In this document: positions 18,797-27,428 of the stretch, piece by piece
Numbering within the stretch: position 1 is the first letter of the stretch
Layout: every line of letters starts with the position of its first letter
Assembly (NCBI GenBank): GCA_004298065.1
Contig: SCRL01000006.1
Span: forward strand, 28,975-92,974
Direction: 5' to 3'
Length of the DNA stretch: 64,000 nt
From: Gammaproteobacteria bacterium
GTDB lineage: Bacteria > Pseudomonadota > Gammaproteobacteria > Acidiferrobacterales > Sulfurifustaceae
Program-made: the position numbers and the translations under genes
Notes under the pieces: model-generated
Databases searched by the model: none
What the model was told of the DNA's origin: nothing
The model's input: only the letters and a program-made list of their open reading frames with translations

Positions 18797-20971
18797 CTAA
18801 AGGGTTTGCAGACGGGCGTAGCCGACCACAAGCCATTTGGTGCCCACGCTCTCAAAATTGACCTGCACCCGCGCCTGCGGACCCTGGCCCTCGTAGTGCA
18901 GCACCACGCCCTCGCCGAAGGTCTCGTGCCGCACCCGTCCGCCGAGACGCATGCCCGCCGCGGGTGCGCCCGATTCCGGCGCGGTTGAGCGTGTAACCGT
19001 GCCGGCGGCGCGGACTTCCTGGATCAAGTCGTCCGGCATCTCGCCCAGGAAACGCGACGGGCTGGTGTAGTGCTCCTGGCCGTGCAGCCGTCGCACCTCG
19101 GCATGGCTCAAAACCAATTGCTCGCGCGCCCGCGTCATGCCGACGTAGCACAACCGGCGCTCTTCTTCGAGCCGTCCCGGCTCTTGCAGCGAATGCTGAT
19201 GCGGGAAAAGCCCCTCTTCGAGGCCGGTGAGGAACACCAGCGGAAATTCCAATCCCTTGGCCGAGTGCAGGCTCATGAGCTGCACGCAGTCCTCCCACGC
19301 ATCGGCCTCGCCCTCGCCGGCCTCAAGCGCGGCGTGCGCCAGGAACGCCGCCAGCGGGTCGAAGCCGTCGGCCTCGTCATGTTCGAAGCCGCGCGCGGCC
19401 GAGATTAATTCCTCCAGGTTCTCCACGCGCGACTCGGCCTTCTCGCCCTTCTCTTTTTTATAGTGCTCGATGAGCCCGCTGAGCGAGAGCATGTGCTCGA
19501 CCTGCTCCGCCAGGACGAAACCTTTCGTCTCGTTCGCTAACCGTTCGATGAGGTCGAGAAAACCCTTGAGCGCCGTGGCCGCGCGCGCGGGCAATTGATT
19601 CTCGGCGAGCAGCTTCTGCGCCGATTCCCACAGCGACACGTTGCCGCTCTTGGCGTGCTCACGCAGCGTGTCGAGCGTTTTGGTACCGAGCCCGCGCGTC
19701 GGTTGGTTGCACACGCGCTCGAACGAGGGATCGTCGTGGCGCGACGCCATCAGGCGCAGGTACGCGAGCGCGTCCTTGATTTCCTGGCGCTCGAAGAACC
19801 GCAGGCCGCCGTACACACGGTACGGCACGCCGGCCTGGATCAGCTGTTCCTCGATCACGCGCGACTGGGCGTTGGAGCGATACAGCACCGCGGTGCTCGC
19901 GCGCGGATGCCCCTGCGCCACCCACGCCTCGATGCGGCTCACCACGAAGCGCGCCTCGTCGAGGTCGGTGTAGGCGCTGTAGAGCAGGATCGGCTCGCCC
20001 TCGGCACCCGCGGTCCACAGTTCCTTGCCGAGCCGGCCGCTGTTGTGAGCGATGACATGGTTCGCCGCTTTCAGAATGGTGCCGGTGGAACGGTAGTTCT
20101 GCTCCAGGCGGATCGTGCGCGTGCCGGGATGGTCGCGGTCGAAGCGCAGGATGTTCTCCACGCGCGCGCCGCGCCAGCCGTAGATCGACTGGTCGTCGTC
20201 GCCGACAACGAACAGATTCCCGTGCGCTGCGGCGAACTGTTCGAGCCAGCGGTACTGGATGCGGTTGGTGTCCTGGAACTCATCCACCAGCACGTGGCGG
20301 AAGCGGCCCTGGTAGTGCGTGCGCAGCGGCTCGTTGTCGCGCAGCAGCTCATAGGCGCGCAGCAACAGCTCCGCGAAGTCCACCACGCCGGAGCGCTGGC
20401 AGGTGTCCTCGTAGGCCTGGTAGACCCGCGCCAGCTGCTGCTGCGTGGGGTCGGCCGTCGGCGGCAGCTGCTGCGGGCGCCGGCCCTCCTCCTTGTGGCC
20501 GTTGATGAACCACTGCGCCTGTTTCGGTGGCCAGTAACCTTCATCGAGGTTCAGACCCTTGAGCACGCGCCGGATCAGGCGGTGCTGGTCCTCGGCATCG
20601 AGAATCTGGAAGCCCTGCGGCAGGCCGGCCTCCTTCCAGTGCGCGCGCAACAGCCGGTGCGACAGGCCGTGGAAGGTACCGATCCACATGCCGCTCACCG
20701 GGTGCTGCAGCATGCGCTCGATGCGCGTGCGCATCTCGGCCGCGGCCTTGTTGGTGAAGGTGACCGCGAGGATCGCGTGCGGCGACAGGCCCTCGACGCC
20801 CACGAGCCACGCGACGCGGTGCGTGAGCACGCGCGTCTTGCCGGAGCCGGCGCCGGCGAGCACCAGCAGCGGCCCGGGACCGGCGGTCACGGCCTCGCGC
20901 TGGGCGGGATTGAGATCGGCCAACAGGGGGGTTACATCCACGGACGCAATAATATCATTGCCGGCTTGCAT
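18797..20971 (-). CDS. uvrD: ATP-dependent DNA helicase II (UvrD/Rep superfamily 1)
   Basis: Walker A AGAGSGKT, the VDEFQDTN motif and the rest of the SF1 helicase motif set. The start at Met 20971 (MQAGNDII) is preferred over the ORF opening at 21091. Confidence 0.93.
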   Translation of the reverse strand: MQAGNDIIASVDVTPLLADLNPAQREAVTAGPGPLLVLAGAGSGKTRVLTHRVAWLVGVEGLSPHAILAVTFTNKAAAEMRTRIERMLQHPVSGMWIGTFHGLSHRLLRAHWKEAGLPQGFQILDAEDQHRLIRRVLKGLNLDEGYWPPKQAQWFINGHKEEGRRPQQLPPTADPTQQQLARVYQAYEDTCQRSGVVDFAELLLRAYELLRDNEPLRTHYQGRFRHVLVDEFQDTNRIQYRWLEQFAAAHGNLFVVGDDDQSIYGWRGARVENILRFDRDHPGTRTIRLEQNYRSTGTILKAANHVIAHNSGRLGKELWTAGAEGEPILLYSAYTDLDEARFVVSRIEAWVAQGHPRASTAVLYRSNAQSRVIEEQLIQAGVPYRVYGGLRFFERQEIKDALAYLRLMASRHDDPSFERVCNQPTRGLGTKTLDTLREHAKSGNVSLWESAQKLLAENQLPARAATALKGFLDLIERLANETKGFVLAEQVEHMLSLSGLIEHYKKEKGEKAESRVENLEELISAARGFEHDEADGFDPLAAFLAHAALEAGEGEADAWEDCVQLMSLHSAKGLEFPLVFLTGLEEGLFPHQHSLQEPGRLEEERRLCYVGMTRAREQLVLSHAEVRRLHGQEHYTSPSRFLGEMPDDLIQEVRAAGTVTRSTAPESGAPAAGMRLGGRVRHETFGEGVVLHYEGQGPQARVQVNFESVGTKWLVVGYARLQTL

Positions 20972-21029
20972 GCCGCTTGGCTCGGGGTAAGATGAATCCG
21001 GATTCAAGGCCAAGGAGTCACACAACAAC

Positions 21030-21362
21030 ATGAAACCCGAACGCCGCGACACCCCGCGCATCCCGGTCGCGCTCGAAGCGATCGTCAGCACCTCGAAGAG
21101 CGGTTACCAGCGCACCGTGACGCGCGACGTGAGCCTCGACGGCGCGTTCGTGGTCACCGGCAAGCAGAAGGTCGGCAAGCGCAAGCCGGTGGAGGTCGCC
21201 CTGAAGTTGCCGTTCGACGGCGAGGAGAAGTTCCACCGCTTCCGCGCCCAGGTCGTGCGCACCGCCGGCGGCGGCAGCGGCGTGCTGTTCGAGGGCGTGG
21301 ATTCCGAGGCCTACGCGGCGCTGATGAACCTGGTGTTTTCGCGCCAGGCCAAGGCGCGTTAG
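21030..21362 (+). CDS. PilZ-domain protein (c-di-GMP receptor-like)
   Basis: 110 aa with an N-terminal RRDTPRIPV (RxxxR) and a DVSLDGAFV (D/NxSxxG) motif pair. Confidence 0.8.
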   Translation: MKPERRDTPRIPVALEAIVSTSKSGYQRTVTRDVSLDGAFVVTGKQKVGKRKPVEVALKLPFDGEEKFHRFRAQVVRTAGGGSGVLFEGVDSEAYAALMNLVFSRQAKAR

Positions 21363-21382
21363 TTCTTTATGTAAAATTACAA

Positions 21383-22198
21383 TCAGGTGCTCGGAAAGAA
21401 TACCGAAGACGATTTCTTGTTACTCAAGTAGTCAGTGGTGAAACGCTTTAAATAACGCATATCATCGAGAGTAACCTCGTTTTCCGATCGGACTTCGGCA
21501 TCAACTAATTGAATTCCACCGCATTTCCTAAATAGCTTTCCAAGCTGGTCGATTACGAGCTGTGCCTTAGTGCGTAGTGAAGCCTGCTTATAGAGATTCA
21601 CAGGCATTACTGCATATAGATTAACTTTGTACGACTCATCTTCACGCACATCTACATCATCCGGCTCGATTCCGATCAGGATTGCGCTGATTTCAGCACC
21701 CTCCCTATTAAGAATCGATTCAATATTGTCTTTCACCTGCTCTAAACGGTTGAGGAAAACATCTGGAAACGCACTACGGTTGTAACGCTGCGCCAACCAT
21801 GAGCGCAACAGAGATACACTTTCCGATGGAAGGTGCGATTGTGGATCAGGTGTAATAGTTTCTAAGATGCGGCGATCGATGTGGTACCGATCACTTGCAT
21901 GGCCGATAAAGCTTGTATCGCACCCATCCACACGAATTTGGAAATCGATTTCTCTCGGGCTCTTCCCGAAAGTGCGCCCACCTTTCTTCTCCGTTCTCGG
22001 ATAGACAACGAAAAGCTCGACGGTGGGTTCCTTTTCGTACGATCCGTTCGTGACATCGCAATCGTGGCTAACAACCACGATGGAAGCGTCTAAACGAAGA
22101 GAAGACCGGATATTCTCGTCTAGCTTTGCGTGGTCGGCTTGTCGAAGTACGGAACCTTGACGCCATCCGTTGCGGCCGATCGGGGTATCGATCGGCAT
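21383..22198 (-). CDS. hypothetical protein (271 aa), third gene of an AT-rich operon
   Basis: Protein-like composition. It starts 3 nt after the upstream gene's stop. No motif assignable; the notable stretch is IVVVSHDCDV. Confidence 0.7.
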   Translation of the reverse strand: MPIDTPIGRNGWRQGSVLRQADHAKLDENIRSSLRLDASIVVVSHDCDVTNGSYEKEPTVELFVVYPRTEKKGGRTFGKSPREIDFQIRVDGCDTSFIGHASDRYHIDRRILETITPDPQSHLPSESVSLLRSWLAQRYNRSAFPDVFLNRLEQVKDNIESILNREGAEISAILIGIEPDDVDVREDESYKVNLYAVMPVNLYKQASLRTKAQLVIDQLGKLFRKCGGIQLVDAEVRSENEVTLDDMRYLKRFTTDYLSNKKSSSVFFPST

Positions 22199-22201
22199 AA
22201 A

Positions 22202-22951
22202 CTACTCCTTGTCGTGGTCGGGAAAACTCACGAGTGGGGCAATGGTGTCGAGATTGGCCTGGAACTCCTCGTTTGATACTGGCCTGAAACCCTTGGCACG
22301 CATTCGCTCGGCGATTGATCTACGTTGACGGGCTTCGTGAGCCGCTGTCACAACCGTACACATTTGGCGCATAGCAACTCGTACGCGTTGGTCATCGACA
22401 ACTTCGGCGGAAAGCAAATCGCTCAGCGACTTGCCCTTATCCACCGGTTGCTGAATGTACTTACCAATTGGCCATGAACACGCTTGATTCCAGAAACTGG
22501 CCAATCGACTCAAATGATCTATTCGGCGCAAACTGTCTCTGCGAGGAATTTGGCCATCCATCCAGTCATAGATTGTTTGCCGCGATGTCTTTAAAAAGGC
22601 TCCCAAATCGGCAATTGATACTCCCAAGCTTGCTCGAATAAAAGCGATCGTTTCCTGTGCGGTGTGTAGGGCCGCTGGTTTTTCCACAACGTCAGGCATG
22701 ATAAACAACAGATCATCTTTGGCGGAAACGTAATCACTGGATAACAACGCAGCGCGGTAGATACTGCCACTCGCTGTCATCGTGATAGCCATTGGTTCAA
22801 GTGGATACCCGAACCATGCCATTATTTCCATGCAGGAACGGGGAGGCACTGGATTAGTAAAGCGCGCAGCGGTTGTCGACTCGTCGAACCATAACGGGTC
22901 AAGCAACGTGCTGCTTCCAGTTGATAGTGTATCTAGTGCCATTTGTTCCAT
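22202..22951 (-). CDS. HTH-domain protein (249 aa), second gene of the AT-rich operon
   Basis: Central HTH-like segment SIADLGAFLKTSRQTIYDWMDGQ. It overlaps the upstream gene by 19 nt, and the start could be a few codons later. Confidence 0.7.
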   Translation of the reverse strand: MEQMALDTLSTGSSTLLDPLWFDESTTAARFTNPVPPRSCMEIMAWFGYPLEPMAITMTASGSIYRAALLSSDYVSAKDDLLFIMPDVVEKPAALHTAQETIAFIRASLGVSIADLGAFLKTSRQTIYDWMDGQIPRRDSLRRIDHLSRLASFWNQACSWPIGKYIQQPVDKGKSLSDLLSAEVVDDQRVRVAMRQMCTVVTAAHEARQRRSIAERMRAKGFRPVSNEEFQANLDTIAPLVSFPDHDKE

Positions 22952-23727
22952 GCGTAATCCGTCACGATCGTTTTAAATGCTTCTGAACTTATGTCATGTA
23001 GCCGATTCAAACGGCTTGTTACATCTTCCACGTTAAACTCCGTGTCCACCTGCGAGTAATGGTCCGTATCTAGAATAGCCTTAGGACGACCATCGGGGTG
23101 AGTACGACATGGAGTAAGTGTATGGTCAGCGAGATCCGGTGGAAGAATGGCGCTGCTCTGGTCTTGACGAAAACGCAACGTAAGTACGCCTTCTGTAGTT
23201 TTGATCCTTGCAACGGTTTGCTGCTGTCCAGGATTGGGACTGATCTTCCCGAGTGGGAACCCCAACAGGCTCTCTGTTACATACTGACGAAGCTGTTCCC
23301 CTTCATCAGGAGATATAAGATCAATATATCGAATCCCCACGCGACTTGTTAGCGCGATGCGCAATTCTTCGTGGATTTGTATTAGCCCAAGCCGCAGTTT
23401 CTCAAGAAATTCCTCGAAGGTCGTATAGTCAGTTGTGTGATACGTAATCGCATCTTCCAAAACAACGAATCCAGACCTGTTGGCACGGTCGCTAAAATCC
23501 CAACGAGGACTCGTGACAACCTGCACAAATGGACCACCAGCTGCCATTGGAACAGCCGCCTCTTGGGGCTGGGTATGCTGAAACCGTGGGTAATTTTGGC
23601 GAAGCCGTTCCTGAATGTTTGGAATGTATTTTTCCCCCAGCTTTGTAATTGCGCTGAACCGAACTTGAGCAAGCACGTAGACAACTGGGGCGTTAGTTAG
23701 CCGCCCGATTTTGTTTGATTTGGTCAC
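22933..23727 (-). CDS. TIGR04255-family-like uncharacterised protein (264 aa), first gene of the AT-rich operon
   Basis: LTNAPVVYVLAQVRF at the N-terminus, VGIRYIDLI in the middle and ILDTDHY near the C-terminus match my recollection of TIGR04255 hallmarks. GTG start. Confidence 0.65.
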   Translation of the reverse strand: MTKSNKIGRLTNAPVVYVLAQVRFSAITKLGEKYIPNIQERLRQNYPRFQHTQPQEAAVPMAAGGPFVQVVTSPRWDFSDRANRSGFVVLEDAITYHTTDYTTFEEFLEKLRLGLIQIHEELRIALTSRVGIRYIDLISPDEGEQLRQYVTESLLGFPLGKISPNPGQQQTVARIKTTEGVLTLRFRQDQSSAILPPDLADHTLTPCRTHPDGRPKAILDTDHYSQVDTEFNVEDVTSRLNRLHDISSEAFKTIVTDYAWNKWH

Positions 23728-24007
23728 AAGTGTTTCCCGGTCGTTATGACTGGATAAGACTGAAAGAGGGATGTAAACAAGTTTACATCAAATTTGACAC
23801 TTGCAACGAGGACTCGTTCAATTAAATAAGTATTTGATAAATAATGATAATATATAAAATTTAACGGGTAACAAATAAGTTTTAGCCAAATAAGGCGCTA
23901 ACTTGTTGATTCGCCATTAGCCCAGATTTACCTACCACGGGCTAAAGTCTTTGCCATCGTCGAGACGGAACAATAAAGTTGTTCCGACTAAAACAAATGA
24001 GGTCAGC
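23728..24007. repeat. AT-rich non-coding block with same-orientation (A/C)AA(A)TAAG repeats; possible transposon-end or TnsB-site region
   Basis: Copies at 23824-23830, 23871-23879, 23887-23894, 23970-23978 (ACAATAAAG) and 23992-24000. There is also the palindrome ATGTAAAC-AA-GTTTACAT at 23771-23788. Confidence 0.4.
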
Positions 24008-25858
24008 TCAATCTCCGGTTCCTTGGCCTGAAACGAGCTCTTGAATAACTGAGTTAAGTCTCGGACTGAGCTCCTTACCTAAAAGTCTAGACAGGTGCTT
24101 CAACACCCAATCCTTTAGTGGCAACCCCCTATCCCTCGCCTGACTTGCTGCCGCTCGCAAACGCCTCTCACGTGAATCATCGAGCGACGGCTCGGAGTAT
24201 TCATTAAGAACTGCCCGGCAGAGTGGCAGGCGATCAAGATAAGAACATATCGATCGTGGAAGCCCCGATGCGTTGACTATGGTTACCGGAGTTACGCGTC
24301 GGGGTAGTTTCCATGCCTTAACTTTCTGGGCGGCCACTCTTAACACCTTGCTCCACTCCATGTCGCGTGCCTGCCAGTCGATCCGGTTGCTTGGCTTGCG
24401 CCTCGCACTTCCGAACTGTGGCTGGGCGAATAACCAATCCCTGTCCCAGCGCCGCAGCCTCTTGTAGAGGCTGCCGTTCATTTTGCGAGCAAGGACACGC
24501 CTTCGATTGGGCACCTGTACTAGCAGCTTCACCCACTCTTGCCTCCACTGTTCTATTAGGTTGCTCGAAACCTGGCTTGCGGGCGAATTCCCCGTAATAA
24601 GCTGTTTTGCAGTTTTAAAGGCGATGTCCAATTTCTTCGCGATTGCCCAGACGCTCAGACCGCTTCGCCGAAGCCGCTTCGCCTCGTGTACCCAGGTCGG
24701 CCCGAGTCCGCGTGTGCACCTCACGACCGGCAGGCTGGGGTCTACATCGGACGTGTGCGAAAACGTGAAGCAGTAACCGCAGCTGCACTTCGCGGAAGCC
24801 ACGAGTTCGCCCGAAGGTGAGACTCTAACCGATACCGATGTCCGTTTGATTGGAAGCCGTTCCTCGTGCGTTGCGTAAGGATTTGGGCACTTCCAGGGCC
24901 CAAGACCCAGGAACATCTTTTTCGAGGCATGAACCGGTAGGCTTTCGAGAAAGATCTGCATCAAGGCGTGTTGGAGCGAATGATACGAACGCGAATTGGA
25001 TCGACAACGAAAAATATTTCTGACCCAGTTCGCTTCGTTGCCTAGCTCGATCCCGCAACCCTGCCTTGAAAGCAGGGATTCGCCGTAAAACCCGACGAAG
25101 GCGCGTTCGATCCCCGCGGAAGATAACAAGGTCGCGCGGTTGGAGAAACCGCGTTCCAGGGCCGCCAGGCGGTAAACTTGCGGCACGTTTTCTCGCGGCC
25201 AAAGCGGTATGCACCCCGAAAGCATCTCTCGGCAACGCTTCGCTATCTTGAGGGCGTTCGCCGCCTCGGTCGTCCCGAGATCCGGGGCGTGCGCCGATGC
25301 GGTATCGGCCGTGACGTCCGTCGCGTCTATGAAATACGCCCTGAAGCTCGTCGGCTTCATCAGCGCGGTCGACTCGACGAGTGGGGTTCCGTGGTCCGGA
25401 CAAACGAGCACTCCGGGAATCTGGTGGGTCCGGCGCCAATATGTTTCTCCATGAAGGGACAGATCGTGTGCTCGACAGGTGGGACAAAAACGGAGAAATC
25501 TCGGGGTTCGGACACGACTTCCGTTCACGCCAAGCCGCGTGTGAACACCTACGCCGTTATCGGACCTCAATGCTCTGAGACACCGAGCGGCGCGCACGCC
25601 GGGCACATAGCGGGCGTAGTATGGAAACAGCGTCAACCGATCGGCGATCTCTTCCCCGGTCATGCCCCAAACCAGCCATGTCCGCTCGGATACCGCGTTC
25701 AATGAACTCGGCAAGTCTATGCTGGAAATCCTTATTCTCCTCCCGAAAACATCGGCCACCACAGCACCAGCCACCGAAGCGCCCGTTCGATTCAGATAAC
25801 GCGTGATGACGCTGTACAGGAGTTCGTCCGGATAAGGGGCGGGCAGGTGGCACAGCAT
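24008..25858 (-). CDS. tniQ: TniQ/TnsD-family target-selection protein
   Basis: The N-terminus MLCHLPAPYPDELLYSVITRY and the zinc-ribbon cysteines (CPTC ... CPDH) are typical of the TniQ domain. The long C-terminus has HTH-like segments, as in TnsD. Confidence 0.85.
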   Translation of the reverse strand: MLCHLPAPYPDELLYSVITRYLNRTGASVAGAVVADVFGRRIRISSIDLPSSLNAVSERTWLVWGMTGEEIADRLTLFPYYARYVPGVRAARCLRALRSDNGVGVHTRLGVNGSRVRTPRFLRFCPTCRAHDLSLHGETYWRRTHQIPGVLVCPDHGTPLVESTALMKPTSFRAYFIDATDVTADTASAHAPDLGTTEAANALKIAKRCREMLSGCIPLWPRENVPQVYRLAALERGFSNRATLLSSAGIERAFVGFYGESLLSRQGCGIELGNEANWVRNIFRCRSNSRSYHSLQHALMQIFLESLPVHASKKMFLGLGPWKCPNPYATHEERLPIKRTSVSVRVSPSGELVASAKCSCGYCFTFSHTSDVDPSLPVVRCTRGLGPTWVHEAKRLRRSGLSVWAIAKKLDIAFKTAKQLITGNSPASQVSSNLIEQWRQEWVKLLVQVPNRRRVLARKMNGSLYKRLRRWDRDWLFAQPQFGSARRKPSNRIDWQARDMEWSKVLRVAAQKVKAWKLPRRVTPVTIVNASGLPRSICSYLDRLPLCRAVLNEYSEPSLDDSRERRLRAAASQARDRGLPLKDWVLKHLSRLLGKELSPRLNSVIQELVSGQGTGD

Positions 25859-25859
25859 G

Positions 25860-27428
25860 TCACGCTACCTTTACATCGCGCTCGACAACGCAAGCCGAGG
25901 CCAGCGCATCCGCCGGGCTGACGCCGGAAGCAGCCGCCGACTCCACGATTTCCTTGAGGCTCTTGCTGGTTGTCTCCGCTTTTGATCCCCTGTCTTCATC
26001 CAACCCCTCAAGGATCATCCGCACGGCGGCGGCGCAGGTGAGGCCCGGGGTGGAGTCGAAAAGCGAGTTCACGGCTTCCTGTACACGGTCCTGCTCCAGC
26101 CCCGTCGCGATGAGCGCCGAGATCGTATTAAGCCGCTCTGCGGAACTCTGATTTCTCGACTGAGCCTGCGCCTTCAACAAGGAGAGTTTCGCCTCGCGAT
26201 CAACATCCTTGTCGAGCTTGATAAGCAGGTCCTCATAGTTCTTGATGGCCTCCTTGTTGCCCGCCCTGAGCGCCGCCAGCATCGGCGCGACCAGTTTAAA
26301 CATCCTTGATGCGACATCTTCGATCAGCGCCTCCGAGATGCACTCAGTGCCGTCGCCGATGGCCTGCATCTGCGTCAGCTGAAACAGCCTGACGACGAGG
26401 GCGTGGATTCCCTGGGTATGCTTGTACATGCAGGATTCGAGCGCCGGGGTCAACGACGCGACTTGCGCCGTCCACTGGTATTCCCAGAGCCTCCCCAGGA
26501 AATGCATCCACTCCTCACCTTTGGACAAGGCATCCCAGACGTAGGTGCCTTGGTCGCCGACGCGGCGCGCCTCACGGAAGGTTCTCTCGAGCAGGCCCAG
26601 CGCGCGCGGCGTGCCCACCGTCACGACGGGGATCTTCGCCTCGTTCGCGAAGGTCACGAAGAAGTTGAGCATCTTCGCCTGACCCACGCCGCTCGCGTCA
26701 AGAAGGTTTTGGATCTCGTCGATGACCAGAACCCCGAGGTGGTGCTGCGCGGCGATCTTGGCCACGTCGAGAATGAGTTCGTCGATGGTGCGGCTGCGAC
26801 CGATGGACTTGCGGTAAGAGGTTCCGAGCATGTCGTCGAACTTCGCGAGCATTCCGCGCAGCAGCTGCTTGAGGCTGCCATCCAAGGGGCAGTCGAGCTT
26901 CATCCAGACCACCTGCACGAAGCGATGCCTTTCATGCCGGACGATCTGCGGAAGGAACGAAAGCGCGCGCTCGACGACCGTCGACTTGCCCACGCCCGAC
27001 ACGCCGAAGAGCGCGAACGACGGCGCGGTGGACGGCGTCGAGTGGCCCAACGCGCGGATTTCTCCCGACATCGCGTCGCGGTAGAGACCCACCAGCCACC
27101 TCCGGTACCCGTCTTTCAAAGGATTGCGGTGCGTGTAGCCGGCCCTGACGATGAGGCCGATCTTCTCGATGACGTCGAGATGGCAGGGCAGCGGCTCCAA
27201 GTACGCGCCGAGCCGCGATATCGCGAGCATGCGCGCCGCCTTGGGAAGCTTGCGCTCGTCGTCGGTGATGCACGGATACCGTCCGAACTCGTGAATGAGT
27301 TCTCCGGCCTGACGGAACGGCGGCAGCGCCTCGATGAGGGGGTTGCCCACGTGCTCCGGCAAGTCCGCCGGCCGGTATTGCGCGTCGAGCATGTTGAACG
27401 GCACTTCGATCCGCGGTTTCTTAGCCAT
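25860..27428 (-). CDS. tnsC: TnsC-like AAA+ ATPase
   Basis: Walker A GVSGVGKST and Walker B LVIDEIQ. The position between tnsB and tniQ fits. The start at Met 27428 or 27452 overlaps the tnsB stop. Confidence 0.85.
   Translation of the reverse strand: MAKKPRIEVPFNMLDAQYRPADLPEHVGNPLIEALPPFRQAGELIHEFGRYPCITDDERKLPKAARMLAISRLGAYLEPLPCHLDVIEKIGLIVRAGYTHRNPLKDGYRRWLVGLYRDAMSGEIRALGHSTPSTAPSFALFGVSGVGKSTVVERALSFLPQIVRHERHRFVQVVWMKLDCPLDGSLKQLLRGMLAKFDDMLGTSYRKSIGRSRTIDELILDVAKIAAQHHLGVLVIDEIQNLLDASGVGQAKMLNFFVTFANEAKIPVVTVGTPRALGLLERTFREARRVGDQGTYVWDALSKGEEWMHFLGRLWEYQWTAQVASLTPALESCMYKHTQGIHALVVRLFQLTQMQAIGDGTECISEALIEDVASRMFKLVAPMLAALRAGNKEAIKNYEDLLIKLDKDVDREAKLSLLKAQAQSRNQSSAERLNTISALIATGLEQDRVQEAVNSLFDSTPGLTCAAAVRMILEGLDEDRGSKAETTSKSLKEIVESAAASGVSPADALASACVVERDVKVA

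Noticed and set aside
21370-21390. TGTAAAATTACAATCAGG right after the PilZ stop, read as a possible Tn7-type left terminus (TGT + 6 nt + ACAAT, as in Tn7)
   Set aside because: It overlaps the stop codon and 3' coding region of the 271-aa ORF. No array of TnsB-like repeats follows, and no inverted partner was found on the other side.
23700-23727. TGTGACC...AACAAAA (minus strand, reading inward from 23727), which resembles the candidate tnsA-side terminus at 31196
   Set aside because: The match is only two 7-mers with different spacing, and it coincides with the GTG start and first codons of the TIGR04255-like gene. That is insufficient to call a second transposon end.
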